From a virus (lineage: Duplodnaviria; Heunggongvirae; Uroviricota; Caudoviricetes): a stretch of 16,884 nucleotides of DNA. Shown in pieces: positions 1-7,809 of this stretch. Position numbers and translations under genes: made by a program. The stretch's first letter is position 1, and the number at the start of each line of letters is the position of its first letter. The stretch lies in the IMG/VR virus record IMGVR_UViG_2675903366_000007. The stretch is one strand, 5' to 3'. The notes below the pieces were generated by a model, which was not told where the DNA came from, did not search any database, and saw only the letters and a list, made by a program, of their open reading frames with translations.

Positions 1-461
1 CTGATCCGCGCCTCGTCGTTAGACGGGAACGTCACCAGGCTGACTTCCCAGAGGTCGATTTCTTTCAGCAGAAAGGCTTCTTTGCTCCGGTCGTATTCCC
101 AGTCTTTCAGGACGTACCCAATAGAAAGGCCGGTTAACGAACCGGCCTTCATGTGTGCATGTGCGCGTTTTGCGAGGGGATCATCATCAATGAGCAACCG
201 CCCCCTGACGTAAAGCCCGACATCGTCTTCCTTCATTTCGGTGTAAACACCGATGGGTTCATCCATGCGGTGCTGCCAGAGCAGCGCAGGTAACGCTTTT
301 CTGTCACTCCACGCCCGCAGGGAAGCAGCAAATGCCCCGGACATCACCACATCATCGTGGCTGTCCTTTACACCAAAGACGGAGCCATACCCTTCAAACT
401 CACCGGAGTCACTGACAGATTTCAGACTCAGCGGTACATCAAGACGTTGTTTCGTCTGCAT
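1..461 (-). CDS. HK97-family prohead protease, 5' part only (runs off the window)
   Basis: Absent from the ORF track because it is open at the window edge. The minus-strand ATG at 461 overlaps the portal stop by 23 nt. My translation is MQTKQRLDVPLSLKSVSDSGEFEGYGSVFGVKDSHDDVVMSGAFAASL..LWQHRMDEPIGVY..GLYVRGRL..MKAGSLTGLSIGY, which matches the conserved blocks of HK97-type (S78/U35) prohead proteases as I remember them. It sits directly after the portal. Confidence 0.8.
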   Translation of the reverse strand, partial: MQTKQRLDVPLSLKSVSDSGEFEGYGSVFGVKDSHDDVVMSGAFAASLRAWSDRKALPALLWQHRMDEPIGVYTEMKEDDVGLYVRGRLLIDDDPLAKRAHAHMKAGSLTGLSIGYVLKDWEYDRSKEAFLLKEIDLWEVSLVTFPSNDEARI

Positions 462-1680
462 TGGCGTTATCCTTCTGCTTACCGGCTTTACTGCCATCGG
501 AGGGTTTCGTGGTCATGTTCATCGGTGTGAGATAGACATCACCACCGGGACGCGGATTCATATCTTCCAGGTCGCGGCAGTCATTGGGAGAGTAAATTCC
601 CCAGTTGATCCCGGTAGCGTAGGCTTCAAAACGGGACTTCATATCCCCGCGCAGTAAGGCCCCGGCGTTAAATTTGGCGTAATAAACGCCCTGCTTACTT
701 TTTCGTACCAGTCCGGTGTTGATCCGCTGCTCAATGCGGGTCAGATACGGCACCAGTGAATAGTTGATAAATCCCAGCCCCAGCTCTTCGATATTGTTGA
801 AGGTGGCGCGATCGGTGTTCTGCACCATGTGCAATGGCACCCGGAACAGACGACAGATTTCTTCAAGCTGAAACTTGCGGGTTTCCAGGAACTGGCTGTC
901 CTCGGCGTTCAGCGCCATCGACTTCCAGTCCAGCCCCATCTCAAGGATCATCGGGCGGTGAGCATTGCCAAGCCCGGTGTGACGCTCCTCAAAATCTTTC
1001 TTCAGGCGCTCGTAAGCCTGATCTGACAGCGTCTGCTCTGTACGCAACACACCCGACGTCACCGCACCATTGCTGAACAGTCTGGCCCCGTGCTCTTCGG
1101 TCGCTGCCGCCAGCGATATTGCCTCGCGGGCATAGGCGATGGGATTCAGCCCCACCAGTCCGTCCAGCGTCAGCGTACGCACATGCCAGATATCCTCCTG
1201 GCTCAGTACATCCGTGGAGCCATCCGGAAATGTGACCTGATAGACCGGTTCCCAGCTACTGTTAAGCTTCGGTACCACACAGCCGGGATCGACGGGCAGC
1301 AGTTCAGCCACTTCGCCAAATGCTTTCACTTTGTAGGCGTAAAAGTTTCCCCTCAGGCACAGACAGGTGACCACCAGCTCCCAGAACTCCTGCGGCGTCA
1401 TATAGCCATTGGGATGCGTGGAGATCAGCTTATGCAGACGTTCGCCGGTGGCTCTCTGCTTCAGGCTACCGTTCAGGTGATACAGATTGCAGGGCAACAT
1501 CCCGACCGACTCTGCCAGCACTCTGACGCAGGAAAAAACCGCCGTCAGTCGCATGGCCCGCTGACTGCTGATCTGCTTTCCGGTATAGGTGTCATACGAC
1601 AGCCCGATGGCATCCGCCAGCTCTGCTGGCGTGGTCACCGGTGCGTCACTTTTTCGTTGAAATAATCCCGAAAAGAACAC
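439..1680 (-). CDS. Phage portal protein, HK97 family
   Basis: 413-aa ORF between terL and the protease. Sequence character matches HK97-type portals. GTG start at 1680 lies 6 nt after GGAGG and overlaps the stop of the upstream small ORF (TAGTG). Confidence 0.9.
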   Translation of the reverse strand: MFFSGLFQRKSDAPVTTPAELADAIGLSYDTYTGKQISSQRAMRLTAVFSCVRVLAESVGMLPCNLYHLNGSLKQRATGERLHKLISTHPNGYMTPQEFWELVVTCLCLRGNFYAYKVKAFGEVAELLPVDPGCVVPKLNSSWEPVYQVTFPDGSTDVLSQEDIWHVRTLTLDGLVGLNPIAYAREAISLAAATEEHGARLFSNGAVTSGVLRTEQTLSDQAYERLKKDFEERHTGLGNAHRPMILEMGLDWKSMALNAEDSQFLETRKFQLEEICRLFRVPLHMVQNTDRATFNNIEELGLGFINYSLVPYLTRIEQRINTGLVRKSKQGVYYAKFNAGALLRGDMKSRFEAYATGINWGIYSPNDCRDLEDMNPRPGGDVYLTPMNMTTKPSDGSKAGKQKDNANADETTS

Positions 1681-1862
1681 TATTTACCTCCGCCGACAGA
1701 CGACTGTGTACGGTCGAGATATCGCGCCACCAGCCACGACCAGAACAGGCACAGCGCCCCGGCAACAACAAAACCCGCCGGGGGATAAATCAGCCAGGCA
1801 CCATACGCCAGCAAAAGCGCACCCAGCACGCCCACCAGAGGCGCGAGAATCAGCATGATCAT
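1680..1862 (-). CDS. Small membrane protein (60 aa, two predicted TM helices), function unknown
   Basis: ATG at 1862 follows GAGG by 6 nt. The protein is almost entirely hydrophobic ([44 protein letters not shown]). It is translationally coupled to the portal. Confidence 0.5.
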
Positions 1863-1873
1863 AATTACCTCAG

Positions 1874-3607
1874 TTAAAGCGAGCGGATCCCGTAGGACTC
1901 AATGTGATCAGACAGCGTGTCTTCTTTCTCGTACAGCATGGCTCTGCCAACCGCCATAATCAGCGCAACTGCACCATCGATTTTGTTTTCCGCCTGCTCC
2001 TTGACGGGCTTCACCACATCATCGTTACCCGGAATGGTTTTGCCGACCACGTTGCCGATACACCAGGTCATGATGGGATTGCCGTCATGATGAAAGCGCC
2101 CCGATTCAATCGCCGCTTCCAGCTCTTTCATCGGATCGGACATGTTGGTGTAGTTCTGAATGATGGTGACGGGGTTCAGGTCTTCATCAGCAAGGTCATG
2201 TGACAGCCCGGTCGCCCCGAAGGGGTCGATAGGTGACTCACTGACCGGGCTGATTTTGTTCGCCGCTTTGGCCTCTTCGAGGATGTAGCGATAATCCACC
2301 TCCGCACCATCGGTAACGGTCAGAACGCCCATTTTCACCCATTTCTGAAAGCGTTCGGCTGTCCGGCGATCTTCATTTTTCTCGACGCTGTACACCGTGT
2401 CATACGGTACCCAGAAACGCGGGGCCACACTGTAGTAATGCGTTTTACCGTCAATCTCGCGGGTATAAAGTCGCGCCATGCTGTTCATATCCAGCTTACG
2501 GGCCAGGTCAAAGGCCAGAATGCACGGCTGCCCCTCGAACTGCTCAAGGGTCAGTGATTTATCCTCGCAGCTCTGCCAGCTCACCAGGTTGAAATACGCC
2601 GAACGCGCCGACACCCAGATATTGAGGTGTTTTGTTTTAAAGACGTTTGCCAGACGGGCGTTATTTTTCGCACGCTGCTGCTGACTTAACAAAAATTCGC
2701 GATAAACCGACACGCCAATATTCGGGTTAGCTTTTTCCAGCACCTGCGGGTCGGTCCAGTCATCGCCTTCGTCAACGGTATAGATGATCCCGAACAGTTC
2801 ATCGTTGGGTACCGACCCGTTGAGCATCTCGATAACTTCCCGTCGCTTGTCGTAGCACGGCCCCTCAATGTTGTACCCGGCAGTAGTAATGGCCCACATC
2901 AGTGGCTGACGTCGCGCCCCCATCCCGGTAAGCATCGTGGTGTAAAGCGCATCGGTGGCGTGCTCGTGATATTCATCCACCACCGCACAGTGGGGTGATG
3001 AACCATCACCGGGGTTACCGATCAGCGGTTCAAACCGCGCGCCATCCTCCGGACGATTCATGTTTGAGGCGTTAACCTCAATCCCGAACGCTTCCGTCAG
3101 CATGGGTGTGCGTTTACACATCAGTCGCGCCGGGCGAAAGACTTCCCACGCCTGTTTCTCTGTCGTGGCACCGGAATACACTTCCGCGCCAAACTCGTTA
3201 TCACAGGCAAAACAATACAGGGCAACACCGGCAGAGATTGCCGATTTGCCGTTCTTACGGGGGATTTCGGTATACACCTCCCGGAAGCGGCGCAGCCGGG
3301 ACCCTTTATTGACCCAGCCAAACGCACAGCAGACCACAAATAGCTGCCACGGCTCCAGCGTGATGGGCATCCTCTTGAATGCCCACTCACCCTTGGTGTG
3401 CGGCAACAGCTGAATAAATTTGGCGGCCCGTTCAGCCAGGTCCTTGTCGAAGCGGTAACGAAACGACTTACTTTTTTCCGCCATCAGGTCATCAAGATGG
3501 CGCTGGCAGGCCTGAATCACAAACTGGCAGGCCACAATCTTTCCGCGCACAACATCACGGGCATACTGATTGGCAGCATTTACGTTGGGGTAAGATTTCC
3601 GGCTCAT
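1874..3607 (-). CDS. terL: Terminase large subunit
   Basis: 577 aa with a Walker-A-like [11 protein letters not shown] overlap with terS. Located upstream of the portal. Overall resemblance to HK97/Terminase_1-type large terminases. Confidence 0.93.
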
Positions 3608-4098
3608 GACTCGATGATTTTCAGAAACGGGTTAGTGGCTTTCTTCTGCCCCGCCAGGCCAATCAGACGCTGGCGGCTGCTGGGGTCGAGTCCGAGCATT
3701 GCCCCCGTGCTGCTCATCTCGGACTCCTGTTCTTTTTTGGCGGTCAGCTCCGGATTTTTGACCCTGCCGCCCATTGCACCGGTGATGGTGTTGCCCTGTA
3801 TGGCAATATTTTTCACGGCACGTCGCCAGAACTCATAGGCCACGCACCACCGCTCAAGCACCGCGAGGTCAGTCACGCACAACAGGCCCTGACCGCAGAG
3901 TTCTTTGGTTGTCAGTTGCCACATGATCGTGGCGAGAGGGAGATTTTCTTCTGCGAACCACTCCGGTGGCTCAACACCTTTGATGGGCGTAAAAACAGGT
4001 TCATCTTTATTCAGGGCTCGCTTGCCGGGGTTTCCGGCCAGCGCCTTGCGCGCCGTTGGCTTGGGGCGACGCCCGGAACGCCCCGCCGTTCCAGCCAT
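3604..4098 (-). CDS. terS: Terminase small subunit, P27-like family
   Basis: The N-terminal basic segment [22 protein letters not shown] is typical of P27-family small terminases. ATG at 4098 with AGGAG 8 nt upstream is preferred over the GTG at 4107 used by the ORF track. The stop overlaps the terL start. Confidence 0.8.
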   Translation of the reverse strand: MAGTAGRSGRRPKPTARKALAGNPGKRALNKDEPVFTPIKGVEPPEWFAEENLPLATIMWQLTTKELCGQGLLCVTDLAVLERWCVAYEFWRRAVKNIAIQGNTITGAMGGRVKNPELTAKKEQESEMSSTGAMLGLDPSSRQRLIGLAGQKKATNPFLKIIES

Positions 4099-4137
4099 AT
4101 GCGGCACTCCTGGTTAAATTTCATTTTTCGCGGGTAT

Positions 4138-4197
4138 AAAAAAACGATGGGGCGGGCAGTCCGGAAGACGTCAGGTCACAGGGATTTGACCCGCCCC
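4138..4197 (-). terminator. GC-rich hairpin plus T7 tract between HNH and terS; also the most likely location of cos
   Basis: GGGGCGGG (4149-4156) pairs with CCCGCCCC (4190-4197) around a 33-nt loop. On the minus strand the stem is followed by ATCG and then TTTTTTT (4144-4138). The loop is long for a canonical intrinsic terminator. Confidence 0.4.
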
Positions 4198-4224
4198 TCC
4201 CCCACATACAGTTGAGAATTATTA

Positions 4225-4575
4225 TCACTTTAACCGTTCACGGGCCGTCTTCGCCTTATGGCAGGGCCAGCACAGACTCTGCAGATTACTGTCGGCATCA
4301 GTGCCACCATGCGCTTTAGGAACGATGTGGTCAACGGTTTTCGCCTCACGCACCACACCAGCATGCAGACATGACTGACATAAACCTTTGTCACGCTTCA
4401 GGACGCGCTCGCGGATACCGTCCCACTTCGAACCATAACCGCGCTGATGACGAGACTGGCCCGGCTTGTATTGCTTCCAGCCTTCGCCTTTGTGGCTTTC
4501 GCAATAGCCTGACGGGTCTGTGGTTGTAGAGTGGCAGCCGCGAACACGGCAGGCTTTTGGGATTCGTGGGGGCAT
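4225..4575 (-). CDS. HNH endonuclease (terminase-associated type)
   Basis: DHIVPKAHGGTDADSNLQSLCWPCHKAKT is an HNH motif flanked by Cys pairs (CRVRGC, CQSC). ATG at 4575 is preceded by GGAG. The longer track ORF (to 4674) adds an unlikely N-terminal extension. Confidence 0.9.
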   Translation of the reverse strand: MPPRIPKACRVRGCHSTTTDPSGYCESHKGEGWKQYKPGQSRHQRGYGSKWDGIRERVLKRDKGLCQSCLHAGVVREAKTVDHIVPKAHGGTDADSNLQSLCWPCHKAKTARERLK

Positions 4576-4690
4576 ATGTACTCCAATGAAGAAGCCACCG
4601 ACATAGCCTCCTCCATTCATAGTGAAACTATTTTCATCTACCCAGTAATGAATTCTTTGAAGAGTCGAGATCAATACAACTCACTAATGG

Positions 4691-4732
4691 GGAGGCTTGT
4701 CTCACACGTGAAACAAGCCTCCTGTTTGATTT
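4691..4732 (+). terminator. Hairpin plus U-rich tract, repeat copy A
   Basis: GGAGGCTTGT (4691-4700) pairs with ACAAGCCTCC (4713-4722), with an inner 3-bp extension. It is followed by TGTTTGATTT on the plus strand. Confidence 0.35.
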
Positions 4733-4792
4733 ACTGGACAGTATAGGACTGCAGAATGCCTTCCTCACTCGAATAACATCAATTAAGGAGGT

Positions 4793-4861
4793 TTAACACG
4801 GGTCAGTAGTGGTATTGCGGCAGCCGCGAACGCGGCAGACTTTCGGGATTCGTGGGGGCAT
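4793..4861 (-). pseudogene. Duplicated 5' fragment of the HNH gene (22 codons then stop)
   Basis: The minus-strand ATG at 4861 has the same RBS context as the real gene. It encodes MPPRIPKVCRVRGCRNTTTDPC-stop, compared with MPPRIPKACRVRGCHSTTTDPSGYC in the intact copy. Confidence 0.7.
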
Positions 4862-4973
4862 ATGTACTCCAATGAAGAAACCAGCGAAATAGCCGCCTTC
4901 ATTCGTAGTAAACCTTCTTCATCTACGCAGTAATTAATTCTTTGAAGAGTCGAGATCAATACAACTCACTGAT

Positions 4974-5017
4974 AGGAGAGGTTTGTCCAACACGTTGGAC
5001 AAGCCTCCCGTTTGATT
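4974..5017 (+). terminator. Hairpin plus U-rich tract, repeat copy B
   Basis: GGAGaGGTTTGTCCAAC pairs with GTTGGACAAGCCTCC, giving about 14-16 bp with one bulge and one G-U pair and a 4-nt loop. It is followed by CGTTTGATTT. Confidence 0.35.
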
Positions 5018-5083
5018 TACTTGACACTATAGAAGGACAGAATGCCTTCCTCACTCGAATAACATCAATTAAGGAGGTTCAAC

Positions 5084-5206
5084 ATGTTTCATTCCACAAG
5101 TCATCAGTCTGTAATTATGGTAGCATCAGTTTGTGCCACATACCTTTTCCGCTTCACTTTGAGTATGATTCATTTCTACCTGACCGGTTCGCCTCTATCT
5201 TTCTAA
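5084..5206 (+). CDS. Candidate 40-aa hydrophobic peptide (below the ORF-track size cutoff)
   Basis: TAAGGAGGT lies 6 nt before the ATG at 5084. My translation is MFHSTSHQSVIMVASVCATYLFRFTLSMIHFYLTGSPLSF-stop. It is antisense to the 3' end of Rz1. Repeat copy A carries ACG where copy B carries this ATG. Confidence 0.3.
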   Translation: MFHSTSHQSVIMVASVCATYLFRFTLSMIHFYLTGSPLSF

Positions 5207-5429
5207 TCCCCGCTTTGTCAATATTGCATTGTCCCAACGCTGACAACAGACTCACATTCAACTCCAGACTGGCACCATACGTCAGCGGATTGGGTATAAA
5301 CGGTACAGGAGTATCAGAAGTCAGGCTGGCTGGCAGTGGTGCCACCGGAGTGCTCACGTAAACTGTCCGCGTACTTCCGCAACCGATCAGCAGCGGCAAC
5401 AGGCACAGGACGTGAAGCACAGTCATCAT
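5154..5429 (-). CDS. Rz1: o-spanin (Rz1-like outer-membrane lipoprotein), overlapped architecture
   Basis: Internal start MMTVLHVLCLLPLLIGC has a lipobox (LIGC) followed by a Pro-rich mature part. It starts inside Rz in the +1 frame and extends 160 nt past the Rz stop. Confidence 0.7.
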   Translation of the reverse strand: MMTVLHVLCLLPLLIGCGSTRTVYVSTPVAPLPASLTSDTPVPFIPNPLTYGASLELNVSLLSALGQCNIDKAGIRKIEANRSGRNESYSK

Positions 5430-5706
5430 CCGCAATGACCATTTTGATATCTTCCTGGGTTCTCTGTGACTCCAGTGCGATCTGCTGTTTTGCATGCTGG
5501 TTAGCCTCCAGAACTGTATTGAAGATTTGTAGTGATTGCAGGACGTTATTGGTAATGGCTGTTGCTGATTCAGCATTTCGTACAGTCTCATCAGCACGTT
5601 TCTTTTCGCGCTGATATTTGCTGTAGTAGTGGTTGGCAGACCAGATGAAAGAACCGATGACGGTAAAGAAGAATGCAGCGATAACCAGCTTATAGCTCAA
5701 CTTCAT
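5314..5706 (-). CDS. Rz: i-spanin (Rz-like)
   Basis: 130 aa with an N-terminal TM helix (LVIAAFFFTVIGSFIW) followed by a coiled-coil-like periplasmic part. It overlaps the endolysin stop by 17 nt and contains the Rz1 start. Confidence 0.8.
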   Translation of the reverse strand: MKLSYKLVIAAFFFTVIGSFIWSANHYYSKYQREKKRADETVRNAESATAITNNVLQSLQIFNTVLEANQHAKQQIALESQRTQEDIKMVIADDDCASRPVPVAAADRLRKYADSLREHSGGTTASQPDF

Positions 5707-6166
5707 TTACCACCCCACCAGCCTCTTTAAACCGGGAAATCAGGTCACCGATTTTATGTTCATACTGACCGTAACCTGCACCAGGTAGCGACGCCCAGAT
5801 ATTGCTGCAACGGTCGATAGCCTGACGGATATCACCGCGATCAATCATCGTTAAAGCGCCACGCTCTTTAATCTGCTGTAATGCCACGGAGTCCTGGCTT
5901 CTGGGAGAGAAGTCTTTCAGCCCTAGCTGCTTGCGGTAGGCATCCCACCAACGGGAAAGAAGCTGGTAACGTCCGGCGGCTGTTGATTTGAGTTTCGGGT
6001 TTAGCGTGACAAGTTTGCGAGGATGATCGGAGTAATCAGTAAACAGTTCACCACCGACAATAACGTCATAACCGTGGTTACGTGTCGGTTGTCGCCCGTT
6101 ATCCGTTCCTTCTGACCATGCCACCATATCGAGGAAAGCTTTACGCTGGGAATTTAGTGCCTGCAT
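5690..6166 (-). CDS. R: Endolysin, lambda R-type lytic transglycosylase
   Basis: Near-colinear with lambda R as I remember it (NQRKAFLDM.AWSEGTDNGRQ.TRNHGYDVIVGGELFTDYSDHPRKLVTLNPKL..GRYQLLSRWWDAYRKQLGLKDFSP). AAGGAG lies 7 nt upstream of the ATG. Confidence 0.93.
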   Translation of the reverse strand: MQALNSQRKAFLDMVAWSEGTDNGRQPTRNHGYDVIVGGELFTDYSDHPRKLVTLNPKLKSTAAGRYQLLSRWWDAYRKQLGLKDFSPRSQDSVALQQIKERGALTMIDRGDIRQAIDRCSNIWASLPGAGYGQYEHKIGDLISRFKEAGGVVNEVEL

Positions 6167-6169
6167 AAA

Positions 6170-6496
6170 TTACTCCTTCGTGCTACCAAATTTGTTACCG
6201 ATTACTCGCATTGCAGCCCCACGAATAGCATCGACACCGATCAGCCCAACACCGCCACCAATGGCTACAGAAAGCGATTTAGGCCATCCGACATACTCAA
6301 GAGCGGATGCAAAGGTCAGCGTCAAAGCGCCACAGAGCAAAATCTCGAGCGTTTTTCGCTTCCAGCCACCACCACCGCCAAAATAGGCAATGCGCAAGCC
6401 AGCCATAACGATCGACATAATCACTGCGCCCAGCGGTGTGTCTCCACGCCACCAGCTCTGGACCAACTCCAGCCAGGTATTTGGGTTATGAGGCAT
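6170..6496 (-). CDS. Holin (three predicted TM segments)
   Basis: 108 aa, directly upstream of the endolysin. It has three hydrophobic segments and a charged C-terminus. It is not the lambda S sequence itself. Confidence 0.7.
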   Translation of the reverse strand: MPHNPNTWLELVQSWWRGDTPLGAVIMSIVMAGLRIAYFGGGGGWKRKTLEILLCGALTLTFASALEYVGWPKSLSVAIGGGVGLIGVDAIRGAAMRVIGNKFGSTKE

Positions 6497-6647
6497 TTGT
6501 AGTTATCTCTCACCTCGCCGATACAGGAGGTGCAAATTGAGGGAGTACCACGAACCGCAAATCAGAAGCGGAAACGTAAAAGAAGCCGAGCCAATGGATA
6601 AGTACTAGATAGACCAAGCCCAACGAATACCAAGGCCCAGAAACGAC

Positions 6648-6670
6648 AAAACCCGCTCAATGGCGGGTTT
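6648..6670 (-). terminator. Intrinsic terminator upstream of the lysis cassette (tR'-like position)
   Basis: The minus strand reads AAACCCGCC-ATTGA-GCGGGTTTTGTCGTTTCT, a GC-rich 8-bp stem followed by a U-rich tract. On the plus strand the tail is weaker (TTTAAG). Confidence 0.6.
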
Positions 6671-6715
6671 AAGCTGTGTGGCGAAGTAACCACTCTTAAC
6701 ACGATACAATAATTT

Positions 6716-6744
6716 TTGCGTACGCGTTAGCGCTTTTGTATATT
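6716..6744 (+). promoter_or_regulatory. Candidate sigma70 promoter for the plus-strand cassette
   Basis: TTGCGT (6716-6721), a 17-nt spacer, then TATATT (6739-6744). It would place the transcription start near 6751, upstream of the ATG at 6778. Confidence 0.35.
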
Positions 6745-6777
6745 CAGCTTAATCCTATGTATTTATGGAAAAATAAG

Positions 6778-7809
6778 ATGAGCAAGCGTGAAATCAAAAC
6801 TAAAAAAATAATCTATAAAGAAGTCACAATGTCAGGTGTGTCAAAGACGCTCCAGTCGATGCTAATGGAGCTGCTCAAAAAACACACTAAAGCAGATTCT
6901 CGCAAGGAAATGGTCAACCCAGGAGAGGAAGACTTATTCCGATTAATTAATAAACATGAAGAGTTCCAGGGAATGCTGTTTTGCCAGCTTGTTGCCTTCG
7001 AACCAGGCCATTCTCAACGCTATATACAGCTTAAAAATGATGCTGAATCTTATGAAATAAGATCCGTAACATCAGATGAACTTTCTAAAATGACTGTTGA
7101 AGAAGCTGAAGAAGCACGCACAGAGAGGGAACAGGTTGTGCGTGAGTTTATAGATTCAATTCTTTATTTCGGTGTATTTGGTAACAGCATCGTAGTAATG
7201 CAATCCAGATCTCTTACAACAAGAGAACTTGAAACACATCTGAAATGGTTACTTGGCTCTTTAAGCAATTACTTAGGCGCAGAAAACATCTTAAAAGTTT
7301 CCGATAAGCCCAAAGAAGAGATCATTGAGGAAGTTCTAAAACGACCTGTAAAATCAGTTTCTATAGGTGCCCCTGTAACTGCCGTTAACGAATTTAGTCA
7401 AGGAAGCAAAAGCCCAGGCTGGGTTCCCGCAGGAACTGCCTCTGAACTCCTTAAAGCTATGTTAGCAGAGAAATGGGAAAGCTTCTTACGTAGTAGCAAG
7501 CTTGAAGATTGTCTTGATGACGCTAATCTTGAAGTAACGCTGAAAATCACATACAAGAGGAAAACTTCTGATTCAGGAGAAAGGATGTTAAGAAATCTTG
7601 TTGACGCTACCAGACACTACCCGGATGATGACGTCGTTGTTGAAATGGTTGGTGGGACGCGTTTAACTGGTAAAGAGATTCGTTTATGGAATACTGTTAA
7701 ACTCACAACTTACAATAGCTTAATTGATGAACATGAACTATATGGCCAAATGCATGATTGGATGGTCGCTCTGATCAACAATGGAGAAATAGAAGAGACC
7801 GATGAATAG
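6778..7809 (+). CDS. Cassette protein A: soluble, acidic, partly coiled-coil protein of unknown function (343 aa from ATG 6778)
   Basis: Long uninterrupted ORF in a low-GC island, antisense to all neighbours. Alternative starts are TTG 6736 (track), ATG 6757 and ATG 6829; 6778 is chosen because it lies downstream of the candidate promoter. I can recognise no catalytic motif. Confidence 0.7.
   Translation: MSKREIKTKKIIYKEVTMSGVSKTLQSMLMELLKKHTKADSRKEMVNPGEEDLFRLINKHEEFQGMLFCQLVAFEPGHSQRYIQLKNDAESYEIRSVTSDELSKMTVEEAEEARTEREQVVREFIDSILYFGVFGNSIVVMQSRSLTTRELETHLKWLLGSLSNYLGAENILKVSDKPKEEIIEEVLKRPVKSVSIGAPVTAVNEFSQGSKSPGWVPAGTASELLKAMLAEKWESFLRSSKLEDCLDDANLEVTLKITYKRKTSDSGERMLRNLVDATRHYPDDDVVVEMVGGTRLTGKEIRLWNTVKLTTYNSLIDEHELYGQMHDWMVALINNGEIEETDE

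Larger units (their letters stand above)
4512..5083. repeat. Diverged tandem duplication, 2 x 286 bp (unit A 4512-4797, unit B 4798-5083)
   Basis: By-eye alignment gives a constant 286-nt offset (for example gcagccgcgaac at 4534 and 4820). Identity is roughly 85-90% with compensating 1-nt indels. Three blocks of 35-42 nt are identical: gggattcgtgggggcatatgtactccaatgaagaa, aattctttgaagagtcgagatcaatacaactcact and cagaatgccttcctcactcgaataacatcaattaaggaggtt. Confidence 0.85.

Noticed and set aside
253-3838. Numerous plus-strand track ORFs (for example 253..657, 1090..1665, 1904..2203, 3060..3413, 3398..3838) opposite the protease, portal and terminase genes
   Set aside because: They lie antisense to long, recognisable minus-strand genes. 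They have Arg/Pro/Ser/Cys-rich, non-protein-like composition and lack RBSs. These are typical shadow ORFs of GC-rich coding DNA.
4576-4674. N-terminal extension of the HNH ORF (MISTLQRIHYWVDENSFTMNGGGYVGGFFIGVH)
   Set aside because: The internal ATG at 4575 has a proper GGAG RBS and starts exactly at the conserved MPPRIP. In copy B the corresponding upstream frame shows mixed synonymous and nonsynonymous changes with no start codon, so coding is not supported.
4942-5361. 139-aa plus-strand ORF spanning repeat copy B and the antisense of Rz1/Rz
   Set aside because: Its first part is not conserved as a frame in repeat copy A, which has stops. The rest is a shadow of the spanin genes, and there is no RBS.
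6511-6532. Hairpin CACCTC/GAGGTG in the holin leader, possibly occluding the RBS (lambda sdi-like)
   Set aside because: The stem is only 6 bp and the GAGGTG lies 14 nt from the ATG, which is too far for the SD. The holin has no dual-start motif. This is not enough evidence for a regulatory claim.
6778-7809. Cassette protein A as a CD-NTase (minimal CBASS with a TM effector)
   Set aside because: I could not find the GS...(D/E)x(D/E) nucleotidyltransferase signature. The only acidic cluster (YPDDDVVVEM) lacks the preceding Gly-Ser motif. This needs a profile search but is not supported by eye.
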